Positions 1 through 11,335 of a stretch of 64,000 nt of DNA are shown here, piece by piece (the first letter of the stretch is position 1; the number at the start of each line of letters is the position of its first letter). The stretch comes from Candidatus Poribacteria bacterium (GTDB lineage Bacteria; Poribacteria; WGA-4E; PCPOR2b), in assembly GCA_965218095.1 (NCBI GenBank), contig OZ244587.1, positions 5,984,001-6,048,000 on the forward strand, written 5' to 3'. The notes under the pieces are model-generated. The model did not search any database. It was given only the letters and a program-made list of their open reading frames with translations, and was not told where the DNA came from. The position numbers were made by a program, and so were the translations under genes.

Positions 1-681
1 GTTGATGACTAGGACCCCGAGCCGCTTCACCTGTACAAGAACGTCGGCTTCTGGTACGAGACCATGTACCTTGGTTTCTTGAAAACCTTCTACGATACGC
101 CGGCACGCAACGTCTGCGAAATCCAACTAATCTCCAGCCGTGACGGAATCAACTGGCGACGGGCTGGCAACCGCGAATACATCCTTTCTGTCGGCCCGGA
201 TGGTTCTTGGGACCGTTACAACAACGACGTGGCCGCTTCCGCCCCGATTCAGGGCGGGGACCAACTGTACATCTATTATAGCGGTCGAACCTATCGCCAT
301 GATGGGCAGGGGGGGCCAGCTCAGATATTGCCCAGCGTCGCGATCGGGCTGGCAACCCTCCGGGTAGATGGCTTCGTGTCCGTGGACGCAGATGCCCTCG
401 GCGGTAGCCTGACCACTAAGCCGCTGTGGTTAGACGGGAAGCGGCTCCATCTCAACCTCAAGTCCGACTTTGGCAACACCTGGGTGGAGCTACTGGATGA
501 AGATGGCAATATCGCAGAGGGCTTTTCGCGTGAGACGTGCGATGTCATTAGGGAGGACACGACCGACCACATAGTCACCTGGAAGGGAAATCCTGACTTC
601 TCGGCCCGCGCGGGTCAGCCTACTAGGATTCGCTTCTCCCTTCAAAACGCACGGCTCTACTCGTTCCACTTGAGTCAGTGA
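1..681 (+). pseudogene. C-terminal part of an uncharacterised beta-propeller (GH32/GH43-like) protein, with an in-frame TAG at 10-12; runs off the window start
   Basis: Frame 1 reads VDD*DPEPLHLYKNVGFWYETMYLGFL...SRDGINWRR...LRVDGFVSVDA...RIRFSLQNARLYSF. The C-terminus resembles that of ORF 51737-54205. Confidence 0.6.
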
Positions 682-727
682 AGGGGACCTAGGCGGCATG
701 TGCTCTTCGAGCTTGGAAGCATCCTGA

Positions 728-1984
728 ATGACCAAGGTGCCTATGTCTACAATGATTCCCCGGTCGGTGCAGCAGCGGATAACGGCAACGCTGTTTGTCT
801 CGCAGAGTCTGTTCAGCGCATTGATGATTATGTCGTTCATACTCTTGCCGATTATTTCTGCGCGCCTGAGTGGGACCGATCGCGCTGCAGGGGCGTCGCC
901 CACAATGATGATGTTGGGGCGGGCCATAGCGGCCTATCCCATGGGGTGGCTGATGGACCGCGTGGGGCGGCGGCCGGGGCTGTCGCTGGGGTATTTGTTC
1001 GCCTTGGTCGGAGCGATGTTGAGCGTGCTGTCGATCAGTACGTGGGAGTCGTTTGCAGGGCTCTGCGCGGGCGTGTTGTTGATCGGAATGGGGCGAGGAG
1101 TGAGCGAACAGGCGCGGTTTATTGCGGCCGAGGTCTATCCCCCGGGCAGGCGGGCTGGAGTGATCGGTCTGATTGTGTTTGCGGGAACTGTGGGCGCGGT
1201 GGGCGGCCCTATACTGGTCCATCCCTCGGGTCAGCTAGCGGCGTCCTTTGGTCTGCACGTCCACGTAGGACCCTATTTGGCCTCAGCAGCGTTTGCCGCC
1301 CTGGCCCTAGTGTTGACCTTTTCGCTGCTGCGGCCAGATCCCATGAGGGTTGGGAAGGCCCTAGCGGGAGATCTGAACGGCCTCGGGGAGAAGGACGCTC
1401 GGAACAGAGCGGCCGGGCGAACATTGAGACAGATTTTTTCCTTAGGGACCGTGAGGCTTGGTGTGGCAGCCATGGTAATCGGGCAGTTAATTATGACGCT
1501 GATTATGGTGATTACGCCCCTGCACATGGCTCATCACGCCCATGGAGTACAGGCGATTTCGTGGGTGATTATGGCACATACGCTGGGGATGTACGGGCTT
1601 TCGAGTATAACAAGCCGTCTGTCGGACCGCTTCGGTCGGGTCAAGATAGTGGGCGCCGGTGCGCTGGTACTGGCCGTATCTGCCTTGTTAACACCGATTT
1701 CCAATCAGGTTTCCATGCTCGCTTTCGCCCTATTCCTGATGGGGCTTGGCTGGAATTTCTGTTTTATCGCAGGTTCAGCGCTGTTGTCTGACGCCCTTTT
1801 GCCCTTCGAGCGGGGGCGGGCACAAGGCGCGAGTGAGATGATGGTGGCCCTGGCAGCGGGGATGGGCAGTCTGGGGACAGGCGCTGTGTTTGCAGAAGCA
1901 GGGATTGTAGCCGTGAGCGCAATTGGGCTTTTTTTATCGCTGGCGCTGATCGGCGGGGCTAGCCGGTGGATGAAGACCGGTTGA
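728..1984 (+). CDS. MFS transporter
   Basis: 418 aa, about 12 hydrophobic segments, MFS motif A-like GWLMDRVGRR and SRLSDRFGR. Confidence 0.9.
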   Translation: MTKVPMSTMIPRSVQQRITATLFVSQSLFSALMIMSFILLPIISARLSGTDRAAGASPTMMMLGRAIAAYPMGWLMDRVGRRPGLSLGYLFALVGAMLSVLSISTWESFAGLCAGVLLIGMGRGVSEQARFIAAEVYPPGRRAGVIGLIVFAGTVGAVGGPILVHPSGQLAASFGLHVHVGPYLASAAFAALALVLTFSLLRPDPMRVGKALAGDLNGLGEKDARNRAAGRTLRQIFSLGTVRLGVAAMVIGQLIMTLIMVITPLHMAHHAHGVQAISWVIMAHTLGMYGLSSITSRLSDRFGRVKIVGAGALVLAVSALLTPISNQVSMLAFALFLMGLGWNFCFIAGSALLSDALLPFERGRAQGASEMMVALAAGMGSLGTGAVFAEAGIVAVSAIGLFLSLALIGGASRWMKTG

Positions 1985-2381
1985 GAAGGCGTCCGTAGGG
2001 AAGGACAATTGAGGACGTGCTCTTCGGTGGCCGCAGATACATGGACGTTGGGTGGATAGAACGGGATGGTGTACTATCAAAAATTGCTGAGAAGATGCGA
2101 AACTCCTGTCATTTTACCTGTCGTATACGGTGCTGTGGAAAGTAGACCTCTTGCTTCCAAGGTCAAATCTGATATGCTTCCAGTAAAGCGATGGAAACGA
2201 ATCCGAACAAAATAAAACGCAATGAGTAATTTAGGCTTGACGCTCCGAGATAAATTTGCCTAGAAGCCCAAAAAATACACAAAAAGCCTAAAAATGGATT
2301 AAACCTTTTTTGAATCCGGAGCGACTTATTTGAATCTGCTGATTATCAGCTTTTTTTCACATCAACTATAAGGAGATTCAA

Positions 2382-2870
2382 ATGAAACGCTTGCAGATGT
2401 TAGCATTGGTTCTTAGCATTTTTGCCTTCTGGTTATATCGTTTTCCTTCACCAACAGGTGAAAGGATTTATGCTGATAGTTTTTCAGATCTGAATTGGAA
2501 TCACCTTCTTCGCCTGCAAAAAAATCTCACTCGGATACAACGAATGGATGCTCCTTTTCAACTCTTTCAGACTGAAAATTTCTGGCTGTTTCTTTTACTT
2601 GACACACGCAATGGGCGGGTCTGGCAAGTTCATTGGCACATCGACCCAGACGAGGCTTTTATAGGGACAGTTCCAATCAACGAAATATCTCTCATTAAAA
2701 GTGGCGAAAAAAAGCCGGGGCGTTTCACGCTTTATCCCACTATCAACAGGGCGATTCATTTGCTCCTTGATTAAGAAAATGGGAATGTTTGGCTATGTCA
2801 ACACGCAATAAATGAGCTAGATAAGCGATTCATTTCCCCAATAACAGCGACACTTAAGGGGATCGATTAA
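2382..2870 (+). pseudogene. Small exported protein with an internal repeat (LLLDTRNGRVWQ / LLLD*ENGNVWL), interrupted by TAA at 2772-2774
   Basis: RBS AAGGAG and signal-like N-terminus. The frame continues past the TAA and completes the second repeat, ending at TAA 2868-2870. Confidence 0.6.
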
Positions 2871-2885
2871 GTAGGTTTATGTTGG

Positions 2886-3240
2886 GTGTCCGGCTGCACC
2901 TTGGACGAGCAACTGGTGTTGCTGCGGCCCGGCGACGTCGTCACCTACTGTTTCCAGAGCAATGTTGACTGCATTGTGAAGGACGGTCATATCCGGAACG
3001 AGGTTTGGGAAGCCCGCGAGAGGGGCGTCTTGTTCGATGTGGGGCACGATGTGAATCCATTTAACCTTGATGTGGCGGAGGCAGCAATTACCGAGGGATT
3101 TCTGCCGGACACCATCTCGACGGATCAGCACCTCTGTCATGTTGGCTCCGTCCCTCAACATGACTTGCCTCGTACCCTTTCCAAGCTAATAGCTGCCGGA
3201 GTGCCTGAGGCAGATGCCCTGGTGCGTGCGCTGACCTCGC
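2886..3240 (+). pseudogene. C-terminal fragment of a dihydroorotase/deacetylase-like amidohydrolase
   Basis: LRPGDVVTYCF...GVLFDVGH...PDTISTDQH motifs; N-terminal half missing. Confidence 0.65.
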
Positions 3241-3556
3241 TGTATTGCGCTGGAATCCGGATGCGCTGCCCCTGCAAGACGTCACGGGCGCTGAGCGTCC
3301 GGGAGGCTGCTGGGGGCCGATTCTCACTGTGCGCGCAGGAGAGATTATCCACATCTAGAATTCACGCTAGGATCTAATCACTATCCAAGCGGAAGGACAA
3401 TACACACACCGAGACTTTGTGCTAATCGCTAACTCGATTTCCGGGAAAGGTAAGGCGGCTTCCGTTGCTGAGAAGCGCCCATTTACGCTCGAATGTGTAC
3501 AGTACCCACAAGTGGGCGCAAGGAATTATCGCCGACGGTGGAAGGCAGGGGCGCGA

Positions 3557-4315
3557 CTACAGTTCCCGCTCGACCTCGCGGATGAAGTTAAGGCTTTCCT
3601 CAATGACGAAGTCACGGGTCAGTCCGATGTGGCCGCGATTGGTGTAGTGCAGAAAGCGATGGTGGACCGTGCGCTCGGTCAGGGCGGCAGCCATTCGTTC
3701 TGCCTGAACGACCGGGATTGAGCGGTCGTCGTCGGAATGAAAAACGAGCATCGGTTTGCTGGTTGCTGAAACGTGTTCGATGGGGGAGGCCAGACGTCGG
3801 GCCTCGTCCCAGGGGACACCCGGTGTAATCCAGCCGCATGCCCAGTCTAGTTTAAGGAGATCATACGCGCCCGAAACGCTGATCGCGGCGCGGAAATCAC
3901 ACGGCTGGTCCTCCCAGCCACCGGTTTTGATAAACGGCCCTTCACCTAGGGTTGCGGCGAGAGAGACGAGGTGCCCGCCTGCAGACATGCCGGTGAGAAA
4001 GATTCGATCGCGATCAAGTTGATACTCATCCGCATTTGCGTGGACCCAGCGAATCGCGCAAAGGGTGTCCTGATAACAGGCCGGTGCTGGCGTACATGTA
4101 ACCAAGCGGTAATCGATAGACATGGCAAAGAAACCGAGCGCCGCCCACTGTTGGACATCGATGGCCGCGCCCAGATTACTCCGATTGCTGTAGTGCCAGC
4201 GCCCGCCGTGAACACCGAGGATGACTGGAAAGGGAGGCGTATTAGAAGAAAGGGCTATATCGGCAAGAAGCCCCGCGCCGAGGGTTTCACCGTAGATGAT
4301 TGTTTGCATGTTCAT
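3557..4315 (-). CDS. Alpha/beta hydrolase (esterase/lipase family)
   Basis: HGGRW oxyanion motif, GMSAGG nucleophile elbow, C-terminal Asp and His. Confidence 0.9.
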   Translation of the reverse strand: MNMQTIIYGETLGAGLLADIALSSNTPPFPVILGVHGGRWHYSNRSNLGAAIDVQQWAALGFFAMSIDYRLVTCTPAPACYQDTLCAIRWVHANADEYQLDRDRIFLTGMSAGGHLVSLAATLGEGPFIKTGGWEDQPCDFRAAISVSGAYDLLKLDWACGWITPGVPWDEARRLASPIEHVSATSKPMLVFHSDDDRSIPVVQAERMAAALTERTVHHRFLHYTNRGHIGLTRDFVIEESLNFIREVEREL

Positions 4316-4501
4316 GGATCCTCCATGTGATCGCTAACTCTTTTTGACTTTATGAACCGGTTAAAACTTTTCACGCGAGTAAATGGCGTAGGTTAATCAT
4401 AGCAAAAGCAATACAGGGATTTTTTCCCAACACCTCGAAACAGTGGAATAAGGGGATTAGGCAGTTGGGGCTATCGCCTCAAACCCTTGCCAATTCACAC
4501 G

Positions 4502-4598
4502 TGTCTCAGAAAGTGTACCTTCTGAGACACTCCAATTTCTGTGTCTCAAAACATGTCTCATAATTCGATTCTCAAATTGCCGTAGAAATTATGAAACA
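4502..4598. other. Serine-recombinase res-like site (TGTCTCA half-sites)
   Basis: 28-bp palindrome TGTCTCAGAAAG-TGTA-CCTTCTGAGACA, then direct half-sites at 4542 and 4554 and an inverted half-site at 4587-4598. Confidence 0.5.
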
Positions 4599-4942
4599 CT
4601 TATGGTTACACAGTTTTCCGATTAAGACTTTCGATGGATTTGTACGCTAATCCCCCTTTTCGGGGGGACGGGCAAAAAACCCCTTCAACAACTGGTTATG
4701 CCCTTTCGTTGAACGTTGCATCCGAGCTCCTGCTTGGTTAATTTGTAAAGGCTGTGTGGTCCTTAAAACGAATGACAAAATCCATGTTTTCAATCCAAGC
4801 AGATAACGTATCCCAGTCGTACCGACGTATTGTCAGAACGGGCATGCGTATGTGTCAAGTGGTCCAGCAGGCAGTACGGGCTTCTTTCCAAGGCACGAGA
4901 CCGGCCTCCTTACTGCCTGCTTTATTCGGGTACCGTCAACGG

Positions 4943-6037
4943 TTACGCGCGTACTTCATCGGACCAATCCCGCCATACGTCGCCGTTTGTGTTGTCTACC
5001 ACGAGTGCGTCGGGGAGGGCCGCGGGCGTTTTGAGGAAACCATAGATTGTCGCCTGGCGGATGACGTCAGAAGAAGAGTTCTGCCCCGCGATATGCAGAA
5101 TTTTGGTGTGCCACAACACCACGGTACCGGCGGGTCCGTGGCAATCGAACGGTTGGGTATCGGCCTTGATCTGCCCAATGACGGGATCGGTATAACCTCC
5201 CACATTGCGCACCGCCAGATGCTTGTCTGTGTGCTTCTCACCGGTTTGGAAGGCCTTCCACTGTTCCCTCCAGATCCTCATGTGGCTTCCAGGCCACACG
5301 GTAAAGCCGCCGGAGTTGGGCGGTACATCGTCAATGTATGCTGACATCTGTAGCCGCCATCGGCCGTAGCACGCACCGTCGGAGTGGGCGCTGCGGTAAT
5401 CGGGCCCAGGAGACGGGCTTTTCGGTAGTGTGCAATATAATCCACGCGTCCCTTGCCCATTGAGCCACACGGGTCCGGTCTTAGGCAACCGCAACGCCTC
5501 CTCCGTCGTGAAGGCCCCCTTCGATGGCCAGCCCATCTTGTGCCCCACATGGCTGACAAGACCTCCCACTGCGTCGTCGCACATGAAACATGGGCCCGTC
5601 GTGGTGCCCGACGCATCGAGCCCAGCGGGCCACACCACCGCCCCCTCCCCAAGAAGCTGCTCAGCGACTTGCCATAGCGCTCGGGGCGCTAAGTTGAGAA
5701 GGAGTTCTTCAGCCCCATTGCGGACTGTGAACTGGTGTCCATTGCCGCTGAAATACGGATCTCCTCCGCCCTCCGGTCTTTGCGCCTTTAGCCTGGCGCT
5801 CTCCTCATCTGTGATGGGCCTCCACGTGGAGGGGGCGTTCCTTTTCATCCAGGGGAGGTGGGTCTTAATCACCTTCCACATTTCGTCACGGGCCTGGCGG
5901 CAGAGCACAGGGTCGAGCACTGCTGGGAGAACCAGGAATCCCTCGCACTTGAACTGGGCAATCTGATTTGCCGTCAGGGGCGCGACATGCTTCAAACTCG
6001 GGGTAGACATCGCCATTCTCCTTTTACTGTTTGACAA
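4943..6037 (-). CDS. Phytanoyl-CoA dioxygenase (PhyH) family protein
   Basis: QIAQFKCEGFLVL, AHSDG (HxD), GGFTVWPGSH, distal His in KILHIAG. Confidence 0.85.
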   Translation of the reverse strand: MSNSKRRMAMSTPSLKHVAPLTANQIAQFKCEGFLVLPAVLDPVLCRQARDEMWKVIKTHLPWMKRNAPSTWRPITDEESARLKAQRPEGGGDPYFSGNGHQFTVRNGAEELLLNLAPRALWQVAEQLLGEGAVVWPAGLDASGTTTGPCFMCDDAVGGLVSHVGHKMGWPSKGAFTTEEALRLPKTGPVWLNGQGTRGLYCTLPKSPSPGPDYRSAHSDGACYGRWRLQMSAYIDDVPPNSGGFTVWPGSHMRIWREQWKAFQTGEKHTDKHLAVRNVGGYTDPVIGQIKADTQPFDCHGPAGTVVLWHTKILHIAGQNSSSDVIRQATIYGFLKTPAALPDALVVDNTNGDVWRDWSDEVRA

Positions 6038-6329
6038 TCAATTCATGTTCTGCTTTGGTATTTTTCATAACACCTCTTGGATTTACGAACCTGGAGCGAA
6101 GCGGCGGCTTGCCCGAATGACCAAGGGGCTTTTGCCCTGCAGCGTAAATCCGATGTTATGAGAAGTTGCATCACTGAATCGCATCTCTGATACTGTCGAC
6201 TCAATAGAATTACGATTTTGAACGCCATCTATCGTTTGTATGCCAGCGTTACGAAAAGTTTGAAGTTTTAATGGATAATGACTGAATTGAGCGATGGCGT
6301 TTAGCTGTCCGCCATCTGGGAAAAAGGAA

Positions 6330-6415
6330 CAGGAAATTGTTGACCAGAGTATCCAGGCGGTTGAATGCTTCCATCGTGTGCCTGAACATCATTTCAATCT
6401 GTGCCCCGTCAGTTG
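6330..6415 (-). pseudogene. Short SDR oxidoreductase fragment
   Basis: TDGAQIEMMFRHTMEAFNRLDTLVNN resembles the SDR D..V......FGRLDILVNN segment. Confidence 0.4.
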
Positions 6416-6668
6416 GCCCGCAAAAATGCTGTGCCCGTTGCTGAGTGAAAATCATCTGGTGACAATGGACAATGTACCATTCCACAAATCGGTTCAAACG
6501 CGAGAGCGGACTGCTGATACAGGAGCAATGCTGCTGTTTCTGTTCCCGTACTCCCTTGACCTCAATCCGATTGAGAAGAATTTTGCCAATATCAAAAAGA
6601 GAGTACAACGAACATCAAACACTGGATGAAATTATCAAACCGTATCAGTAATTACCGGCTTCGCTATA
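6410..6668 (+). mobile_element. IS630-family transposase remnant (C-terminal DDE segment)
   Basis: VTMDNVPFHK...LLFLFPYSLDLNPIEKNFANIK; the segment ends in GCTATA, like IS630 ends. Confidence 0.75.
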
Positions 6669-6843
6669 AATCCCCATCATATACGGCGTAGAGCCAATCC
6701 GTCGTTTCACAAAGACGGGCAAAGTGTGATTTATCAACGCGGTGCAGATTTGCATAGCTGCCGTGTGGGCGATAGTAGAAAGGTTCAACGCCCTGATGGC
6801 TCAATCGGGAATTTCACACCAATCGTTGTCATCTCTCGCCTTG

Positions 6844-8968
6844 CTAGAGACTCGTCAGCTTGACCGCCCGGATGCAGTGGTTGAAGTGATCGGCGATTAG
6901 CAGCACGTCATCGCCGTAGAAGCAGAGCCCACGAGGCGAGTTGAGGCCCGCTCCGACAGCGACGCCATCATCTCCGGAGTATCCGGCTTCGTCGGCTCCA
7001 GCCACGGTCTGCAGCACTCCATCAGGGCAGATTCGGCGCACACAGTTGTTGCCGGTGTCGGAAACATATACCGCACCGTTGTTAGCGATAGCAACGCCTT
7101 GCGGGCTGTCCAATCTCGCCGCCCGCGCCGGGGTCCAGTCGAGTGAAAATCCCGGATCACCGGACCCAACGACCGTCGTGATGGTTCCAGTCCTGTCAAC
7201 GCGACGAATCGCATGAGCCATTGCGTCCGAGAAGTACAGGTTTCCCTTCGGGTCAAAGCCGATCGACGTCGGGCTACCAATTCGGGCCTGCGTCGCCGGG
7301 CCTCCATCGCCAGAATAGCCGTGGAGGCCGATGCCGGCTACCGTGTCAATGATGCCAGTCTTAGCATCAATTCTACGAATGCGTGCTGCGCCTGCGTCGC
7401 CAACGTAGATGTTGTCGTCGGCGTCGTGCGCTACGGAAATTGGATTGATGAGATTCGCGCATATCGCAGGGCCCCTGTCGCCCTTGTCCCACTGAAATGC
7501 GGCGCCTGCAACATTATAGATTATCCCTACCTCGTCGATGCGCCGGACGTGCCCGTGTCGACCATCGGCGATAACGATGCGACCTTCTGCGTCGACCGAT
7601 ACGCCGGACGGATTACCAAGGTACGCCTCAGTCGCTAGCCCACTATCGCCCCCGTAAGCCCTGGCGCCATTGCCGGCGACAGTCCTGATGACTCCGGTCT
7701 TCGGGGTCAATCGCGCGAATGCGCTGGTTCCATTGATCTGCTACATAAATGTATCCGTCGGGCCCGACGCTCAAGCCCCACGGGCCGCAAAGGAACGCTC
7801 GCGTGGCAACCTCACCGTCATGAACACTTGTTCCCCCAAGCGCGGTGGTAACGATGCCGGTCTGGCCGTCGATTCGGCGGAGACGACCGCCGCAGTCACT
7901 GAAGAAGACTGTCCCGTCCGCATCCGCCCATAGCCCCACCTCGACGGAATTGCACTTGGTCTTGGTCGCCGGAACGTCCTCGTCACCCATGCCAGGCACG
8001 CCGGTTCCGGCGATGGTTGTCACGAAGCCCGTTTCGGCGTCAATCTTACGCACCCGGAAGCCATATTTCTCGCCGACATAGAGGTTGTCATGGATATCAA
8101 TGAATATGGCATCGGGCATCAGCGTGCTGGCCTCGGCGGCAGGGCCGCCATCACCGTTGGACGCATGTTGTCCATTTCCAAGCACGGTGGTAACGATGCC
8201 GGTCTCCATGTCGATTTTGCGGATGCGGTCGTTAGAGTTGTCGCAGACGTAAAGGTTCTCCTTAGAGTCGAGGGCCAGATGCTCCGGATGATAGAATCCC
8301 ACCTCATCTTTGCGGCCGCCGTCTCCTGAGTAGCCCCCTAGGCTCAACCACTCCCCGTGCGCCGGTCGGCTGTTTCCTTGTTCGGAGGGGTGGTAGCGGG
8401 CATCTTGACCGGCAAAAAGTTCGACGACGCCGGTCTTCCCATCAATTCGGCGGATGTTGTTTGCCCACTCGCTGGAGATAAAGATATCGCCGTTGTCGGC
8501 AATTGCGATCCCACAATGGGTGTCCATCTCGGCTTCAATCGCCGGACCGCCATCGCCGCCTCGTCCAATCTGACCTGAGCCTGCCAAAGTCGTGATGATG
8601 CCGGTTTTGGCGTCGATCTTACGGTAGACCTGATTATGGAGGTCGGAGAAGTAGAGGGTGCCCGTTGCGTCCTGGGCGAGATCATGGGGGCCGTCAAGTT
8701 GAGCCTTGAGGGCTGGACCGCCATCCCCAGTATACCCTGGGACTCCCGTGCCAGCGAATCGGTGCAGTATTCCATTGGCGTCGATCCGCCACAGGACGTG
8801 GAAGTGGTAGTTAGCGATGATCAACTCGTTTGTCTTTAGCCATCGAACGACGCCGCGAGGCCAACCCGCATCGGCATCTCGGGCTAGAATGCCTTCCCGC
8901 ATTCCGACGCCGGCGATGGTCCTCATCGTGCCAGAACTTTGGTTGACGAATAAGCCTCTGAGATTCAT
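6844..8968 (-). pseudogene. NHL-repeat (teneurin-like beta-propeller) protein, split by a single +1 frameshift near 7703
   Basis: Repeated IITTxAGxG..GYSGDGGPA..A.L..P motifs in ORFs 7643-8968 and 6844-7710. The junction GACCCCGAAG carries one extra C versus the expected AIDPKTG. Confidence 0.85.
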
Positions 8969-8990
8969 ATTGACTCCATCATCGTCCTAC

Positions 8991-10121
8991 TTATTGGTTT
9001 TTGGCTTTTCGTGGTCTTTCGTTTTCCAACCCCTGTATCAGCGCAATGATATAGCCGAACTGGAACGCCCAAGCCTGGGTCACGCGGCTCGAGACGCCAG
9101 CCGGCGCCCTATCGTCCGGATGGTGCGGCGCGTGATCGGGCATCAGCATATAAGGATAGTCGGCTTCATACAGCGTTTTGGCGATCTCATACATATTGAC
9201 GTCGCCTTCATCTGGCCACGTCTCGCAGAAGTCGTGTAGGCCGCCCCGGATATTCCGGAAGTGTATGTTGAAGATCTTCCTGTGTTCCGCGAAATATTTC
9301 ACGATGGGCGGCAGTTCCTCGTCCGGATTCTCCAAGCCTTCCGCCGCTACCCCGCAGCAGAAATTGAACCCATGGTATGGGCTGTCCACCAGCTCACTGA
9401 ATCGCTTCAGTCCCTCAAAGACCGGCCAATTCCACTTTTCTACGCTGTTGAGCACGGGCGCGGGCGGATCGTTCAGGTGACACGCCATCTGGATCTTATA
9501 TTCGTCAGCAACAGGAATCAACCGCTCCAAAAAGTAGGCCGCCCGCTCAAATGCCTCCTCGCGACTGACGACGCCGGCTTCGTGTAATTTCTCATTATCA
9601 TATTCGGAGAGCACAAACGAGCTATAAGACGTGCCACCCCGACCCGGCCGGCTGCCGGTACGCTGCACCAAGCCGCCTGCCCCTTCGGCACGCAACACGC
9701 AGAAGTTGTAGTTCAGACCGCGGAGTCCCGCCTTACTGGCGTTCTCAATATACCGGTGGAACTTCTCGATATCCTGGTCACGTTGCGGATCTTTGGCTAG
9801 TGGAATGCTGTCCATTGGGGTAATATGGACCATCTCCAGTTCCACCCCATAAGCGGCGGCCTCTTCGCGATGTCGGATCAGCGTGTCCGCTTCCATGTTG
9901 TCGACCGAAGCGTCAAAATGGATCACGCCATGACGGACCAGGAATTCCATCTCTTGCTTCGAAGTGCCAAAGTACTGTGCGCCTACGTACATTTCTTTTG
10001 TCCTTTCTGAATCGAATGGTTTGGTGGGTTGTTCCATGGCACCTTCTGATGAGATTTTTTGAGGTGAAAGTACGGACATCGATTCGCCGGTCTGCCCTTT
10101 CGATAAGAGACGAGGCCACAC
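8991..10121 (-). CDS. Mannonate dehydratase (UxuA)-like protein; start uncertain (10121, 10079 or 10037)
   Basis: LNYNF, ACHLNDPP, GFNFCCG, IHFRNIRG, ETWPDEGD, LMPDHAP motifs. Confidence 0.85.
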   Translation of the reverse strand: MWPRLLSKGQTGESMSVLSPQKISSEGAMEQPTKPFDSERTKEMYVGAQYFGTSKQEMEFLVRHGVIHFDASVDNMEADTLIRHREEAAAYGVELEMVHITPMDSIPLAKDPQRDQDIEKFHRYIENASKAGLRGLNYNFCVLRAEGAGGLVQRTGSRPGRGGTSYSSFVLSEYDNEKLHEAGVVSREEAFERAAYFLERLIPVADEYKIQMACHLNDPPAPVLNSVEKWNWPVFEGLKRFSELVDSPYHGFNFCCGVAAEGLENPDEELPPIVKYFAEHRKIFNIHFRNIRGGLHDFCETWPDEGDVNMYEIAKTLYEADYPYMLMPDHAPHHPDDRAPAGVSSRVTQAWAFQFGYIIALIQGLENERPRKAKNQ

Positions 10122-10129
10122 CTTTCCTG

Positions 10130-10336
10130 TCAGCGCACGAACCAGCGGACAGGGTAGTGTCCCGCGATATCCTCGAACGCCAACGTGTAAGGGTCACAAC
10201 GCCGGCACACAACCCATCCGTCCGTCCGCACTATCAGCCAGCCAAAGTCCCAGCCCCGGCTTGTGTACACCAAAGGCACAGCAGGTCTGACGCGAATCAC
10301 TGGGTACGTCCCAGCGATAAAGAGTTCCTGCTGGAT
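10130..10336 (-). pseudogene. Start-less C-terminal fragment of an unknown protein
   Basis: Open frame IQQELFIAGTYPVIRVRPAVPLVYTSRGWDFGWLIVRTDGWVVCRRCDPYTLAFED...VR* between two genes, with no start codon. Confidence 0.35.
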
Positions 10337-10339
10337 CTA

Positions 10340-11077
10340 TTAGGGTTTCATAACGGCTTTCCTGGCCGTCGCGTCGCTCGTATGGTAATTCCAGCCGCGC
10401 AACACCAAATTCTCACTGAACTGATAGATGTCCTCCTTTCTATCCCTGCCGGAAAACATCCGCGCAATCACCACCTTTCTTGGCTTCTCAGAGCGGTTGG
10501 ACATCGAACCGTGTACGATAAAATAATCGAAGAAGGTGACGTCACCGGGCTCGGCTTCAATCACCGTGGCGCCTTCAAATGGAAACTGTTTGTGAAATGC
10601 AGCATCAACCGCCTTTGAGCTCTCCATCCGCCCGCGCTTGTGTGAGCTAGGATAGACTCTGAGACAACCTGTTTCTTCCGTCGCTTCGCTGACGTGAATC
10701 ATTCCCGCGATCATGGTGTTCCTTTGGGTTGGCAGGTAACTCCAGTCCTGGTGCATCTTGAAGGGTGTTTCTGCAGTTGTTATGCGCTTCTCAAAGAGCG
10801 TCGAATGGTTGAGGACGATGTTGGGGCCGATGAGCTGTTCAACAATGTCGAGGAACCCCTTGTGAAGCAGGGTTGCCAGCCACAGACCTGAATACTGCTG
10901 CACATTACGCGTTGAGATAACGCCGTTATGGTTCGAGCCGTCGCTGTCATTGGGTTGGTTGAACTGTCGCACAATTCGATTAAACTCGTTTTCAAGTGAG
11001 CTCATCTCATCTGCTGAGAAAACGCCCTTTGCCAGGTAATAGCCCTTCTCATCGAAAAATATTCGGATTTTGCTCAT
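10340..11077 (-). CDS. Phytanoyl-CoA dioxygenase (PhyH) family protein
   Basis: FFDEKGYYL, MHQDW, GCLRVYPSSH, IVHGS; RBS AGGAG. Confidence 0.9.
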   Translation of the reverse strand: MSKIRIFFDEKGYYLAKGVFSADEMSSLENEFNRIVRQFNQPNDSDGSNHNGVISTRNVQQYSGLWLATLLHKGFLDIVEQLIGPNIVLNHSTLFEKRITTAETPFKMHQDWSYLPTQRNTMIAGMIHVSEATEETGCLRVYPSSHKRGRMESSKAVDAAFHKQFPFEGATVIEAEPGDVTFFDYFIVHGSMSNRSEKPRKVVIARMFSGRDRKEDIYQFSENLVLRGWNYHTSDATARKAVMKP

Positions 11078-11335
11078 GGTTAAAATCTCCTTGTGGACGA
11101 AATCTAAGCACCTAAATTTTCCCCAAATTAACAGACCTTGCGCCCACCCTAGAATAATGGTAACATATTTGAGATTTTTCTTTCAAGTGTGCTATCGCTA
11201 AACCTCAAAGGCTCTGCATCGGAACTGGAAATTAAACCCGCAACAGTTCATGGGTTCATTGAACTTTTGAACCCTTGAACTCAAATCCCGTGTCGTGTTC
11301 TCAATACACCAACCGGAACAGATCTTCTCACGGGC

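Noticed and set aside
700-1791. Long alternative-frame and antisense ORFs (e.g. 700-1791, 11444-12223, 52145-53107, 53303-54112, 54099-55004)
   Set aside because: They overlap well-supported genes and lack motifs; typical GC-rich shadow ORFs.
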